A DNA stretch of 64,000 nucleotides from Clostridia bacterium (GTDB lineage Bacteria > Bacillota > Clostridia > Oscillospirales > CAG-272): assembly GCA_017503105.1 (NCBI GenBank), contig JAFVTS010000014.1, positions 18,032 through 82,031 on the forward strand, in the 5' to 3' direction. The notes below the pieces were generated by a model. It had not been told where the DNA came from. It did no database searches and saw nothing but the letters and a program-made list of their open reading frames with translations. The position numbers were made by a program, and so were the translations under genes. How positions within the stretch are numbered: the first letter of the stretch is position 1; every line of letters starts with the position of its first letter. Positions 18,095 through 27,514 of this stretch are shown here, piece after piece.

Positions 18095-20056
18095 TTAATT
18101 CTTTGAAAACGGATAGAGCTCTACCCCGTAGACCGTTACGGTATGCTCGGTATCCTCGCGCTTAACGAAGCTGACGTTCGTGATACGCTTTTGCGGATAA
18201 GGATTTTTCAAGTAAGTCTTGCAAATAAGCTTATCTTCCTTGAATACGGGGATAACGTCACCTGCCAAGGACGAGAGCGTCAGATCGAGCCTGACTCGCT
18301 CGACCCCCGGATCTCCGTCGACCTTTTCAGCCCGCTTCTCCGCCCCTTTTCTGTAAGACGGCGTAGACTCGGAGGCAATATGCTCACCGTAAAAGACGTC
18401 GGCGAGGTGCTCCGTGCCGTCGTCGTAAGAGATGAGATACTGACCGACGAGGTACTTCTTCCGAAATTCCTCACCCTCGGGGAATACTCCGTCAACGAAC
18501 TCACGGTAAGGAACGCTCATATCCGTGCTGTGAGTGATCTCTACGAGCTCCCTCATATCCTTTTTGTGCCTGTACTCAAACAGCGCCCTGAACACTCTGT
18601 CCATCCGCTCGGGATATTCCGTGCCCGAATTGTCGTCGTACTCCGAGTCCCAATAATAGACATCGTTGTACGCAACGGCTGACAAGACGTTGTTGCGTCT
18701 GAAGTAAATATCCGTCGCGGCACCCCAGTTGGAGCATATGGCACCCGAGGTATTGTTCCCCGCCCGTCTTTTGAAGTTTCTGAACGAGAACTGCCCCTTG
18801 AAGTTTCCGAAAACCACGGGGAACTCGCGAAGCTGCGAATCGTATTCCTCACCGAAGCCCGTATACCAATTAAGGCATATCACGTCCTTAGGTATCATAT
18901 TCCGCGCCTCCCAGGTCGGACGAAGCACGGCGAGCAGATCCTTCGTCGGATCCCACTCAAAATATATATAGCTGAGAGCTCCGCCATAGCCCGCGTCACG
19001 CTCGACGTTCATAAGCTTGTCGCACCAGAGCATAGTTTTAACGCCCCGCTCGGCAAGGTATGCGTGGATCTTATTTATATCCTCGGCGAGGAGCTCGGCG
19101 TTCGTCATAAGACGCTTTCTGCATCTGTCGCAGATATTTATGGAATAATATTCGTCGTGACCGATATTGATAATTTCGGGTCTGAAGAGCTCTATTACCT
19201 CGTCGAATATATCAAAGAGCAGCTTATACGACTCGGGATTCGACGGGCAGAAGGTGTCAGGATAAGGATCCTCGCACCGTTCGGCAAGCTCGGGATGCCT
19301 CGTGAGCATATAATCGCAGTGGCTCGTCGACGGTATCTCGGGAATTATCTTAACGTTTCTTGATTTACAGTACTCTATAAGCTCGCGAAGAGTCTCCTTC
19401 GTCAAAAACGAGCCGCCCCCGTTATTGCAGTGAATGGAATTCTTTCGCCACGGGAAGGTGCGCTCTTGGAGGTCGATAGTCTTGCCCGAGTATTCGCTCA
19501 TAAAGGCGCAGTACTCGACCCAGCCCTCGTTTATCTCGGGATGGCGCTCGTATTCCATAGCGCCGCCGATCTCGATCATCAAGGTGTTGTGGCGGAAGAA
19601 CGCCATAGTGTCAACGAAGCGCTTGAACTCCTCAAGCTCATCCTTGGCGGGCATAAGTATTTTAACGCCGCGAAGAGGACACACGGGATGATCGTAAACT
19701 ATCTCGTCGTTAAATTCGCCGTCGGAAAGCGAGGCAAGGAAGGTCACGACGCCGTTTTGCCGCCCCTCGGGGTCGTCAGCGAAGACGAAAACGTCATCCC
19801 CCTCCCTTACGATGACGAAGCCGCCCGTCACCGCCTTATATCCGACGCCGCTTTCTTCAGCGACGAGGAGCTTTATCTTCTCGGGCACGGGACTCAATGC
19901 CCTGAGATTCTTGATATAATCGAGGGAAACACCCTCTTTGGCAAAATCGGAAACGGAAAGGCTCTCGTATTCGCTGAGCCCGAAAAGCTTCGTCAAAGAC
20001 GACAGCTTTATTCCCGAAGAGCTGCCTTTTACAAATTTGGGATTCGTTCTTATCAT
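18095..20056 (-). CDS. Cytoplasmic GH20-like glycoside hydrolase (beta-N-acetylhexosaminidase-like), inserted between pyrH and frr
   Basis: 653 aa with no signal peptide. LRGVKILMP, NTLMIEIGG, IIPEIPSTSH and INIGHDEY (D-E pair) resemble the GH20 TIM-barrel pattern. The family assignment is by eye only. Confidence 0.5.
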   Translation of the reverse strand: MIRTNPKFVKGSSSGIKLSSLTKLFGLSEYESLSVSDFAKEGVSLDYIKNLRALSPVPEKIKLLVAEESGVGYKAVTGGFVIVREGDDVFVFADDPEGRQNGVVTFLASLSDGEFNDEIVYDHPVCPLRGVKILMPAKDELEEFKRFVDTMAFFRHNTLMIEIGGAMEYERHPEINEGWVEYCAFMSEYSGKTIDLQERTFPWRKNSIHCNNGGGSFLTKETLRELIEYCKSRNVKIIPEIPSTSHCDYMLTRHPELAERCEDPYPDTFCPSNPESYKLLFDIFDEVIELFRPEIINIGHDEYYSINICDRCRKRLMTNAELLAEDINKIHAYLAERGVKTMLWCDKLMNVERDAGYGGALSYIYFEWDPTKDLLAVLRPTWEARNMIPKDVICLNWYTGFGEEYDSQLREFPVVFGNFKGQFSFRNFKRRAGNNTSGAICSNWGAATDIYFRRNNVLSAVAYNDVYYWDSEYDDNSGTEYPERMDRVFRALFEYRHKKDMRELVEITHSTDMSVPYREFVDGVFPEGEEFRKKYLVGQYLISYDDGTEHLADVFYGEHIASESTPSYRKGAEKRAEKVDGDPGVERVRLDLTLSSLAGDVIPVFKEDKLICKTYLKNPYPQKRITNVSFVKREDTEHTVTVYGVELYPFSKN

Positions 20057-20083
20057 ATCAGTATCTTTTCGGTTAAAATAAAC

Positions 20084-20788
20084 TCAATCCGCAGTTATTA
20101 CGGTTCCGACGCGCTCACCTTTTATCGCCTTTGCGATATCGGCAGGCTCCTTGAGTCCGAAAACGTGTATGGGCATTCCGACGGAGAGGCAGAAGGCGGT
20201 CGCCGTTGCGTCTATCGCTTTAAGATTCATCGCAAGGACCTCGGACGCCTTTACGCGCTCAAGGCGCTTTGCGTCGGGATTCTTCCTCGGGTCGTCGGTG
20301 TATATGTAGTCAATGTTCTTTGCCATAAACATAGCGTCGGCGTCTATCTCCGCCGCGCGAACGGCGCCCGTCGTGTCGGTCGAAAGGAACGGGATACCAA
20401 GCCCTGCGCCGAATATGACGACCTCACCCGAGGCGAGCCTCTTTTTTGCCTCGTCGGCTGAATAAGCCTCGGCAAGCGGCTCCATAGCTACCGCGGTCAT
20501 AACTGACGCCTTAAGCCCCGCGCGGATCAGCGCGTCCTTTAAGCAAATAGCGTTGATAACAGTAGCGAGCATACCCATTCTGTCAGCGCTCGTCCTGTCC
20601 ATCTCGCCGCCCTGTCTTCCGCGCCAGATGTTGCCTGCACCGACGACGAGCGCAAGCTCGTAGCCGTCATCGGCACAATCCTTGATCGCAAGAGCGACTC
20701 GGTCAACAAACGCGTGGTCGTAAAGATCTGAGCCGACGACTCCGTTTTTAAGAGCCTCGCCGGAAAGTTTAATAAGAATTCGTTTCAT
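20084..20788 (-). CDS. pyrH: UMP kinase
   Basis: KRILIKLSGEAL, VVGAGNIWRG and DTTGAVRAAEIDAD are PyrH motifs. Confidence 0.95.
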   Translation of the reverse strand: MKRILIKLSGEALKNGVVGSDLYDHAFVDRVALAIKDCADDGYELALVVGAGNIWRGRQGGEMDRTSADRMGMLATVINAICLKDALIRAGLKASVMTAVAMEPLAEAYSADEAKKRLASGEVVIFGAGLGIPFLSTDTTGAVRAAEIDADAMFMAKNIDYIYTDDPRKNPDAKRLERVKASEVLAMNLKAIDATATAFCLSVGMPIHVFGLKEPADIAKAIKGERVGTVITAD

Positions 20789-20887
20789 ACCGTCATCTCC
20801 CGAAAATACATTTTGTCTATTCTATTTTACAACATTTCGCTTCATTTGTAAACACCTTTTTAAAAAAAATATTATAAATTTATAAAA

Positions 20888-20920
20888 AAGAAAAATACGG
20901 ATTTTTTCTCCGTATTTTTC
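20888..20920 (-). terminator. Rho-independent terminator downstream of the isomerase/DUF4867-like operon
   Basis: TACGGA (20896-20901) pairs with TCCGTA (20909-20914), with A/T runs on both sides. Confidence 0.6.
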
Positions 20921-20929
20921 AGAATTCGA

Positions 20930-21586
20930 TCAGTATTTTATTTTGATATTTTCTCCGAAGATTCCGCCCTTGGCACCTTTTTCGATGAGAGGTACGTTCT
21001 CTACGTGTGCGAGCAGCCACTTGTTTCTTCTGAACAAAAGCCCGTCTTCCGAGGTGCTTGAGAGCGGAAAATTGGTTCCCTCGGGAAGCGCAACGACACA
21101 GCCGAAGCCCTCATCCGATACCTCACACGGACAGAAGTGAAGCGAGGTTGAGAAAACCTCTATCACCGTTCCCTTCGGAACGAAAAATGCTTTGAAGCAA
21201 GAAGAGCCTATCTCACCGTTTTTTATCTGCCACACGTGCGAGAGCAAAAGTACAAGATCGCTAAGAACTATATTAACCTCGGAGGACGCGTGCCATTCCG
21301 TGGCATTCATCATACTGTTTTTACCGTAGCAATACCCTATTTGAGTCGGCAACGTACCAAAAATTTGATCTTTAATTTTTTCGGCATCAGAGAGCGCCTC
21401 AAAAGCAGGGACGCTCGGAACGTAAGCCGAGCCATCCTCGGGCATCGGTATTTCGAGGGCGGCAGAGATAAAGCCGTCTGCAGAGATGCCGTCTATCACT
21501 CTTCCGTAGCTTTCAAACGCTCTGTCGTGAACGCTGTAAATTTCAAGTGACGGGTTTTGGCTTTTTAAATTATCAAAAGTATTCAT
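20930..21586 (-). CDS. Cupin-fold protein, DUF4867-like (ureidoglycolate-lyase-like fold)
   Basis: 218 aa, beta-rich, coupled 11 nt downstream of the isomerase-like gene. The family name comes from memory of similar clostridial proteins and is not verified. Confidence 0.4.
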   Translation of the reverse strand: MNTFDNLKSQNPSLEIYSVHDRAFESYGRVIDGISADGFISAALEIPMPEDGSAYVPSVPAFEALSDAEKIKDQIFGTLPTQIGYCYGKNSMMNATEWHASSEVNIVLSDLVLLLSHVWQIKNGEIGSSCFKAFFVPKGTVIEVFSTSLHFCPCEVSDEGFGCVVALPEGTNFPLSSTSEDGLLFRRNKWLLAHVENVPLIEKGAKGGIFGENIKIKY

Positions 21587-21597
21587 TTACCCTGCCC

Positions 21598-23007
21598 TCA
21601 CGATATGGGAAACGTTTTGTCAAGTGTGATCTCGGGGAAATATTTGCAGAACTCGGATATCTCGCGTCTGAAGTCGCCGCGCATCTCAACAAAGTGATGA
21701 ATATAAGGACCGTCAAGGAGTCTGTCCTCAACCGCCTGAAGATCGTCAAACTCGCCCCAGATATAAGTGCCGTGGGTTTTTGGCCCCTCGGTCGTATGGC
21801 AAAGAAGGGGCAAGACCGTATAATTGCCGTTTTCTCTGTCCATTCTCGCAACCGTATAAGTACCGTCCTTACCTCTCAGCCAAGCTCTTTGGTTGACAAG
21901 GCGCGCCTCTGTTCCCTCCGCCTTTTCCGAAACGGGGAAAGGACCGCAGTGCCAAAGAAGCTCCGCATTTTTATTCTCGGGATGACGGACTGTAAACTCA
22001 CCGAAGAGCGGCCTTCCCTCACCGAGGGTCGCGCACCTAAGAAGTGCCATCGTTATAGCGCAGTGTACGTCACTCTCGCACGAAACGAGATAGCCCATCT
22101 CGTTAAGAAGCCCGTAAAGCGCGCAGGGGGCAAGGCCGTCAAACATAATAGGCGTTGCCGTCCAGCACTCCGCTGACATAACGTCAAGCTTAAACTCCTC
22201 GAACATATGCTTATAAGCCGCAGTCATCGTCGCCATAGCGTTTATATACTTCGGCGTAAGGTCGTCCATCTTATAGTTAAGCCTAAAATATTCCTCGTAC
22301 CTCGCTATCTCCTCGGCATAAAGCTCGGGAGCCGACTTCATCCTTTGCTCCACTATTGCAAAGTTTATGGGAATTATCTTTATACCGAACTTTTCAAGAA
22401 GCTCGCCCTCGTTCCAAATAACCGAATAAAACGGAGCGGGACGGCATCCGATCTGACCTATGCGCATTCCCGTGAAATTCTTGACCATACAAGCCACGCG
22501 AACGAAACGGAGAAACGCCTCACGGAATTCCTCGCTCTCTACCCTGCAAGAGGGCGCGTGTGAAAACGGGATATGTAATCTTTGAAGCTGTCTTGAAACA
22601 CCGAAAAGCCCGCACTGTGAGTCCGTCGGACGCATTCCGTCGACGTAGTATTCATCGTCAAGCGGAGCAAAGATAAGAACGGGCTTGCCTATCGCCTTTG
22701 CTATATCCGCTGCCGCCTCCTCGTTTCCGAAGTTGCAGTTTATTATCATTATCGCATCAACAGCCTCGGATTTGAAGCGCTCAATGACCGCCTCGGCACT
22801 CGCGTCGTCAAAGATCAAGTCCTCGATACCAAGACCCTTGCAGTCGACAAACGAAACGTGCTCATCGGCAAAATTCTCTTCAATGTACTTTACGTTCTTC
22901 TTTCCTCTTTGCTCCGCGGAATACCACGTGAGAAAAGTACCTCTCGGACGGTCGGTGGTGTTTCGCCTCATAGTCACAAGACCGATCTTTACTTTATAAT
23001 CAAGCAT
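21598..23007 (-). CDS. L-fucose/L-arabinose isomerase family protein
   Basis: 469 aa. N-terminal KIGLVTMR...AIMIINCNFGNEE...PVLIFAP resembles the FucI/AraA-like Rossmann-type N domain, and the C-terminal half contains CESDVHCAI. AAAGGAG RBS. Confidence 0.5.
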   Translation of the reverse strand: MLDYKVKIGLVTMRRNTTDRPRGTFLTWYSAEQRGKKNVKYIEENFADEHVSFVDCKGLGIEDLIFDDASAEAVIERFKSEAVDAIMIINCNFGNEEAAADIAKAIGKPVLIFAPLDDEYYVDGMRPTDSQCGLFGVSRQLQRLHIPFSHAPSCRVESEEFREAFLRFVRVACMVKNFTGMRIGQIGCRPAPFYSVIWNEGELLEKFGIKIIPINFAIVEQRMKSAPELYAEEIARYEEYFRLNYKMDDLTPKYINAMATMTAAYKHMFEEFKLDVMSAECWTATPIMFDGLAPCALYGLLNEMGYLVSCESDVHCAITMALLRCATLGEGRPLFGEFTVRHPENKNAELLWHCGPFPVSEKAEGTEARLVNQRAWLRGKDGTYTVARMDRENGNYTVLPLLCHTTEGPKTHGTYIWGEFDDLQAVEDRLLDGPYIHHFVEMRGDFRREISEFCKYFPEITLDKTFPIS

Positions 23008-23155
23008 TTCAAATCTCCTTTGATTTCGGTACTTTCAGTATAACAGGAAAAGCATTTTGAAGTCAAGCGACAGAACGATACAGATTCCGCACTTTTCGCT
23101 ACCGTTTAAGTATAATCGCCGAGTAAATACTCGCTTATTTATCCATTGCATAGAA

Positions 23156-23190
23156 GAAAGCATACGGCAAAATTTTCACCGTATGCTTTC
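23156..23190 (-). terminator. Terminator-like 12-bp perfect hairpin downstream of the 629-aa gene
   Basis: GAAAGCATACGG (23156-23167) pairs with CCGTATGCTTTC (23179-23190). The U-run is only moderate. Confidence 0.5.
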
Positions 23191-23206
23191 TTAGTCTTTT
23201 ATTTTA

Positions 23207-25096
23207 TTACTTTAAGGTTATTTCTTTCTTCTCGCCGAGAGCTCCCGCTCCGAGGACGGAGCCGTCAGCCCCAACGACGCGGAAGCCGTCCTTTTCAACG
23301 AGGACGTCAAAGCGCGAGCCGTGAGCTCTGATATTTTTCAGATAAAGACGGTCAAGCGCCTTCGGAAGATAAGGCTTCAGGGTGAAGGTCTTGAAGCCCG
23401 TCGGCTCCATTCCGAGAAGACCGTCGGTGAGCGCTTTTATAAAGAGCGCCGACTCACCCGAAAGATGGCGTCTTCCGCCCTCGGGATAAGCCTCAACGGG
23501 ATACGGCACGCGCTCGCCGAGCAAGCGGTTTTCCGAATATCTCAAATATATATCGGCGGCGACGTCCGTCATTCCCGAGGCGAATATGCCCCTGATGGCG
23601 TAGAGATTCGATCTGTCCCAGATTATATCGCAGCCCTCGGCGCTTCTGAAGCCGTCGGGGCGCATCATATATTCCGAGAGGAGCGAGGCGACGGTGCCCT
23701 CCGCTCTTTCGAATATTCCGACGGAGAGCGGGATCGCGCTCCAAGAGCGAAGCACCTCACAGCCTTCGTAATATCTATAAGTCTTGAAGCCGTGAATATC
23801 CGCGGAGAAATGCTCGCCTATCGCCTCTTTCAGCTTTTCCGCGCGGCACTCGTATTCCTCGGCAAGCTTAAAGTTTCCGAACTCGCGCTCAAGCGCCGCC
23901 GCGGTACGAAGTCCCGCAAAGGCAAGGCACGAGGTGCAAAGGTTTGCGTCGCCCGACGGGAGCCTTTCCTCCATCTCGTCCGAGTCGGAGGCTATAACGC
24001 CGCGTTCGGTCTTCTTTCTTTCACAGTATTCGGCGCACCATTCGATATAAGGAAGAAGCTCCCTTGCCGCCTCCGTGTCCGCGTTCATAAGAGCAAAGCG
24101 CGAGGCACCGAAAAGATACATCGCGGCATCTCCCCTGTCACCCTTTCCGTGCCAGAAGTCAAGCCCCTCGGCAATTACGGACGACGGAATTGGCTCAAAG
24201 TCATCCGACATAAACGGCATATACATACGGAAGGCGTTCATCGCCGCATCGGCAAGAACGGCGTCGCCCGTGTACGCAAAGTAAGGACCCGCGTATTCGA
24301 CCTCATCGTTACACCACGTCGCGGCGTAGTAGCTAAGACCGCCCGGTGAATGTATCTTTCCGCATTTAGTGTCATAGACAGACTCGCCCACCCTGATCTT
24401 CGCAAAGCGGAAGGCTGTGTCGAGGGTGGGATTGCCCGTTTCAAGAACGAGAGGCGAGCAAAGGCGCTCGACGGTTGCAAGTCTTGCTTCGTAGGCGGCG
24501 GCAAAATCCTCGGTGGGCGGTGCTTCGTTTACCACTCTTCCGAAAATTCCGACGGCGTAGGTATACGTTTCGTTCTTTTTAAGCACGGTAGGAACGAAGT
24601 CCGCCGTGTATTCCATTACGTTATCGCCGAAAGGACCGCGCGTTTTGTCAAGACGCTTGCTTGGCAGTACGGCGTCAAGCGACACCGCCCCTGACGATAC
24701 GTTAGTCACGCTCACGCGCTCCCAGACTATGCGCCCCTCAGCCGACGGGTAAACGGCACGCTCTATTTTAATGCCCTCAGCTTCGGTGAAAAGCCTTAAT
24801 ATTCCGTCGATCTCCACTCTGATAAGCTTCTCCGAAACGGGCTTGCCGTTTTTAAGAAGGCGCGGAAGCTCTTCTCTCCTCACGTCCCTCTGATACGAGG
24901 CGTGAGTGTCGTTCGGGCGCGTTCTCAAGGTCGGGAAAACGGGGTGATGAATAAGAATGAAGCCGCTTTCGTCCGTTCCGTAGGTGACGACGTCAACTGC
25001 GGAAAACCCCGCCATTTCTATATCGTCCGTATGAACGTCGCCGTCCCCGACGAGCCATTCTATGGTCTTTTCATTTTTTATATTCCAGCGTGGCAT
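23207..25096 (-). CDS. Putative (alpha/alpha)6 six-hairpin glycosidase-like protein, family unassigned
   Basis: 629 aa with an AAGGAG RBS. A beta-rich N-terminal half is followed by a helical C-terminal half (YYAATWCNDEVEYAG..., ...DSDEMEER...), which suggests GDE_C/GH63/rhamnosidase-like folds. The coding call is confident. The product assignment is weak. Confidence 0.35.
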   Translation of the reverse strand: MPRWNIKNEKTIEWLVGDGDVHTDDIEMAGFSAVDVVTYGTDESGFILIHHPVFPTLRTRPNDTHASYQRDVRREELPRLLKNGKPVSEKLIRVEIDGILRLFTEAEGIKIERAVYPSAEGRIVWERVSVTNVSSGAVSLDAVLPSKRLDKTRGPFGDNVMEYTADFVPTVLKKNETYTYAVGIFGRVVNEAPPTEDFAAAYEARLATVERLCSPLVLETGNPTLDTAFRFAKIRVGESVYDTKCGKIHSPGGLSYYAATWCNDEVEYAGPYFAYTGDAVLADAAMNAFRMYMPFMSDDFEPIPSSVIAEGLDFWHGKGDRGDAAMYLFGASRFALMNADTEAARELLPYIEWCAEYCERKKTERGVIASDSDEMEERLPSGDANLCTSCLAFAGLRTAAALEREFGNFKLAEEYECRAEKLKEAIGEHFSADIHGFKTYRYYEGCEVLRSWSAIPLSVGIFERAEGTVASLLSEYMMRPDGFRSAEGCDIIWDRSNLYAIRGIFASGMTDVAADIYLRYSENRLLGERVPYPVEAYPEGGRRHLSGESALFIKALTDGLLGMEPTGFKTFTLKPYLPKALDRLYLKNIRAHGSRFDVLVEKDGFRVVGADGSVLGAGALGEKKEITLK

Positions 25097-25105
25097 AAGC
25101 GCTCC

Positions 25106-26464
25106 TTAAACTTGATAGTCTTTATGAATTTCATCCCAACGAGCCTTGCTTAAAACAAGCTCGGAGGACGGCTTCGGTGCAGGTGCTCTTCCGAAGAAAC
25201 GGGCGGTGAACTTTTCCGCCTCGGCGGCTTGAAGCTCGACAAGCTCCTTTGGAGCATCCCCCATAGCGTAGGCGCGAATGGCTACGCCCTCACCGTACGC
25301 AAGTCTTGCCGTTTTGGCAAAGTAATTGCGAAGAAGGAACTGAACGTAATTTACGAAGCGCAAGCTTCCGTACGCTCTGTACTGTGCGGTGTAATCGACA
25401 CCGGTTATCTCAACAGCAACGCTTCTGCCGCATTTTATAGCCTCAATTATCGATTTATCGTTCTTTTCTTCGGCAAACAAAACCGTTCTTTGCCACGGAA
25501 ATTCGGGACTTGATTGCACGGAATGCACGTCGCTCGAGCCTACGACGGGTATGTTTAGTCCCTCCACTCTCAGGTCATTCCAAAACGCAACGGATGCGTT
25601 ATTTTCCTGCTGGCTCATAGCTCCGATGAGCTCGTAAACGTCGAAAAGACCGCTCTTCAAAACGATCGCAGCAAACTCCGTGCTGACGTTGTGATGCTTT
25701 GATTTGTTAGGACGCCAGAATGGGTGGGCAAAAATTGCAAGACCGCCCACGGCGTGAATATGCTCACTTGCCCACATCGCTCTTGCATAGCGTTCACGGT
25801 GCTTTTGCGGCACCGACTCCGGAACTCTTGCCTCGTATTCCAATATCTCCGAATCGAATTCCTCACGCCTTTTTACGTATTGCTCGTTTACCGAAGCCGC
25901 CCCACCGATATGAACCGTGTGAAAGCCCGCTCCCGGTGCGTGAACCTCCTCACCGAGAAGAGTAACAAGCCCCGTCTTTACACCAAAAAGAGCCTCTCTG
26001 ACCTCCTCGGAAGGATAATAACGATGATGATCCGTCATTGCATAAAAATCGTAACCGCGCTCACGCATATACCCTGCAAGAGCAACAGGATCTTGGCGTC
26101 CGTCGGATCTTACGCTGTGACTGTGAAGATCCCCCATCATAGGAAGAAGCGAGTAAAGGTCTTCATCCAAAGAATATACCACCGCCTCGGTTACGCTGCT
26201 CTCGTTCTTGGAAATAACGATCTTATACTCCTGCTCTTCAAGAAACGGATGCACAAAGGAAAGAACGCCGTCCTTTGCCGTTACCGTATAATTCACGGTG
26301 GTTTCCGTTATCGGCTCGGAATCAACCGCGATCACGGTGACCGAATACTCTTCGCCGTCGGCGAATATCGCCGAGCGCTCGCGAGGAACAACGGTCACAA
26401 GGCTCTCTTGCTTAGCGGGAAAAACGGACGGATAGATCTCATATTTGTTTACGACAGGAAGCAT
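25106..26464 (-). CDS. PHP-domain metallohydrolase (CehA/McbA-like) with N-terminal beta-sandwich
   Basis: GDLHSHSVRSDGRQ...AMTDHH...FAHPFW...SSDVH is a PHP His/Asp metal-ligand pattern. A GGAG RBS favours the ATG at 26464. The track ORF starts at 26506 and has no RBS. Confidence 0.6.
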   Translation of the reverse strand: MLPVVNKYEIYPSVFPAKQESLVTVVPRERSAIFADGEEYSVTVIAVDSEPITETTVNYTVTAKDGVLSFVHPFLEEQEYKIVISKNESSVTEAVVYSLDEDLYSLLPMMGDLHSHSVRSDGRQDPVALAGYMRERGYDFYAMTDHHRYYPSEEVREALFGVKTGLVTLLGEEVHAPGAGFHTVHIGGAASVNEQYVKRREEFDSEILEYEARVPESVPQKHRERYARAMWASEHIHAVGGLAIFAHPFWRPNKSKHHNVSTEFAAIVLKSGLFDVYELIGAMSQQENNASVAFWNDLRVEGLNIPVVGSSDVHSVQSSPEFPWQRTVLFAEEKNDKSIIEAIKCGRSVAVEITGVDYTAQYRAYGSLRFVNYVQFLLRNYFAKTARLAYGEGVAIRAYAMGDAPKELVELQAAEAEKFTARFFGRAPAPKPSSELVLSKARWDEIHKDYQV

Positions 26465-26557
26465 ATATTTCTCCGTTCTGCCGATGAATATCGGCGATTT
26501 CTTCATTTTTATATAATTTTAGGAGCAAAGCATTACGCGCCTCGCTCCTATTCGTTA

Positions 26558-27511
26558 TTACTTTTTAAGTGCTATCGCGCGCTTTGCCTTTTCGGCAATA
26601 TTCTTTGCGGTAAGTCCGTAAATTTCAAGAAGCTCGGGAACCTTTCCGCTTCTGCCGTACTGATCCTCAACACCGACGCGAACGACGGGAACGGGACAGC
26701 TCTCGGCGAGTGCCTCGCAAACGGCAGCTCCAAGACCGCCTATCACGTTGTGCTCCTCTGCTGTAACGATAGCGCCGCTCGTCTTCGCCGCCTTAACGAG
26801 TATCTCGGTGTCAAGGGGCTTTATAGTATGTATATTTATAACGCCTGCGTCAATGCCCTCAGCCTTCAGCATCTCACGCGCCTCGAGAGCGAGGTGGACC
26901 ATATATCCCGTTGCAACGATAGTGACGTCCTTGCCCTCGAAATACTGAACGCCGCGTCCAAGCTCAAACTTGTAATCGGGCATCTCTGCCGAGATGTCGG
27001 GAACGGCGAATCTTCCGAAGCGCATATAAACGGGGCCGACGAAATTGATAGCCGCCTCAACAGCCGCGTATGCCTCGGTCGCGTCTGCGGGGTTGATGAT
27101 GGTCATACCCGGAATGGTACGCATAAGCGCGATATCCTCGTTACACTGGTGAGTCGCGCCGTCCTCACCGACGGTGATTCCCGCGTGAGTTGCGCCGATC
27201 TTTACGTTGAGATGAGGATAGCCGATTGAGTTTCTGACCTGCTCAAACGCTCTTCCCGCCGCGAACATAGCGAAGGAGGACGCGAATACGACCTTGCCCG
27301 TCGTAGCGATACCCGCCGCGACGCTCATCATATTGCCCTCGGCGATTCCGCAATCGAAGAAACGCTCGGGGAACTTCTTTTTGAACATACCCGTCTTGGT
27401 AGCCGCCGCAAGGTCAGCGTCAAGAACGAGGAAATCGTATTTTTCGCCAAGGGCGGCAAGTGCCGCGCCGTAGCTTTCTCTTGTTGCCTTTTTATCTGCC
27501 ATTTTACCCAC
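26558..27511 (-). CDS. Transketolase, C-terminal (pyrimidine-binding) subunit
   Basis: 317 aa with FFDCGIAEGNMMSVAAG, THAGITVGEDGATHQ and PVVRVGVEDQYGRSG. Confidence 0.9.
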   Translation of the reverse strand: MGKMADKKATRESYGAALAALGEKYDFLVLDADLAAATKTGMFKKKFPERFFDCGIAEGNMMSVAAGIATTGKVVFASSFAMFAAGRAFEQVRNSIGYPHLNVKIGATHAGITVGEDGATHQCNEDIALMRTIPGMTIINPADATEAYAAVEAAINFVGPVYMRFGRFAVPDISAEMPDYKFELGRGVQYFEGKDVTIVATGYMVHLALEAREMLKAEGIDAGVINIHTIKPLDTEILVKAAKTSGAIVTAEEHNVIGGLGAAVCEALAESCPVPVVRVGVEDQYGRSGKVPELLEIYGLTAKNIAEKAKRAIALKK

Positions 27512-27514
27512 TCC

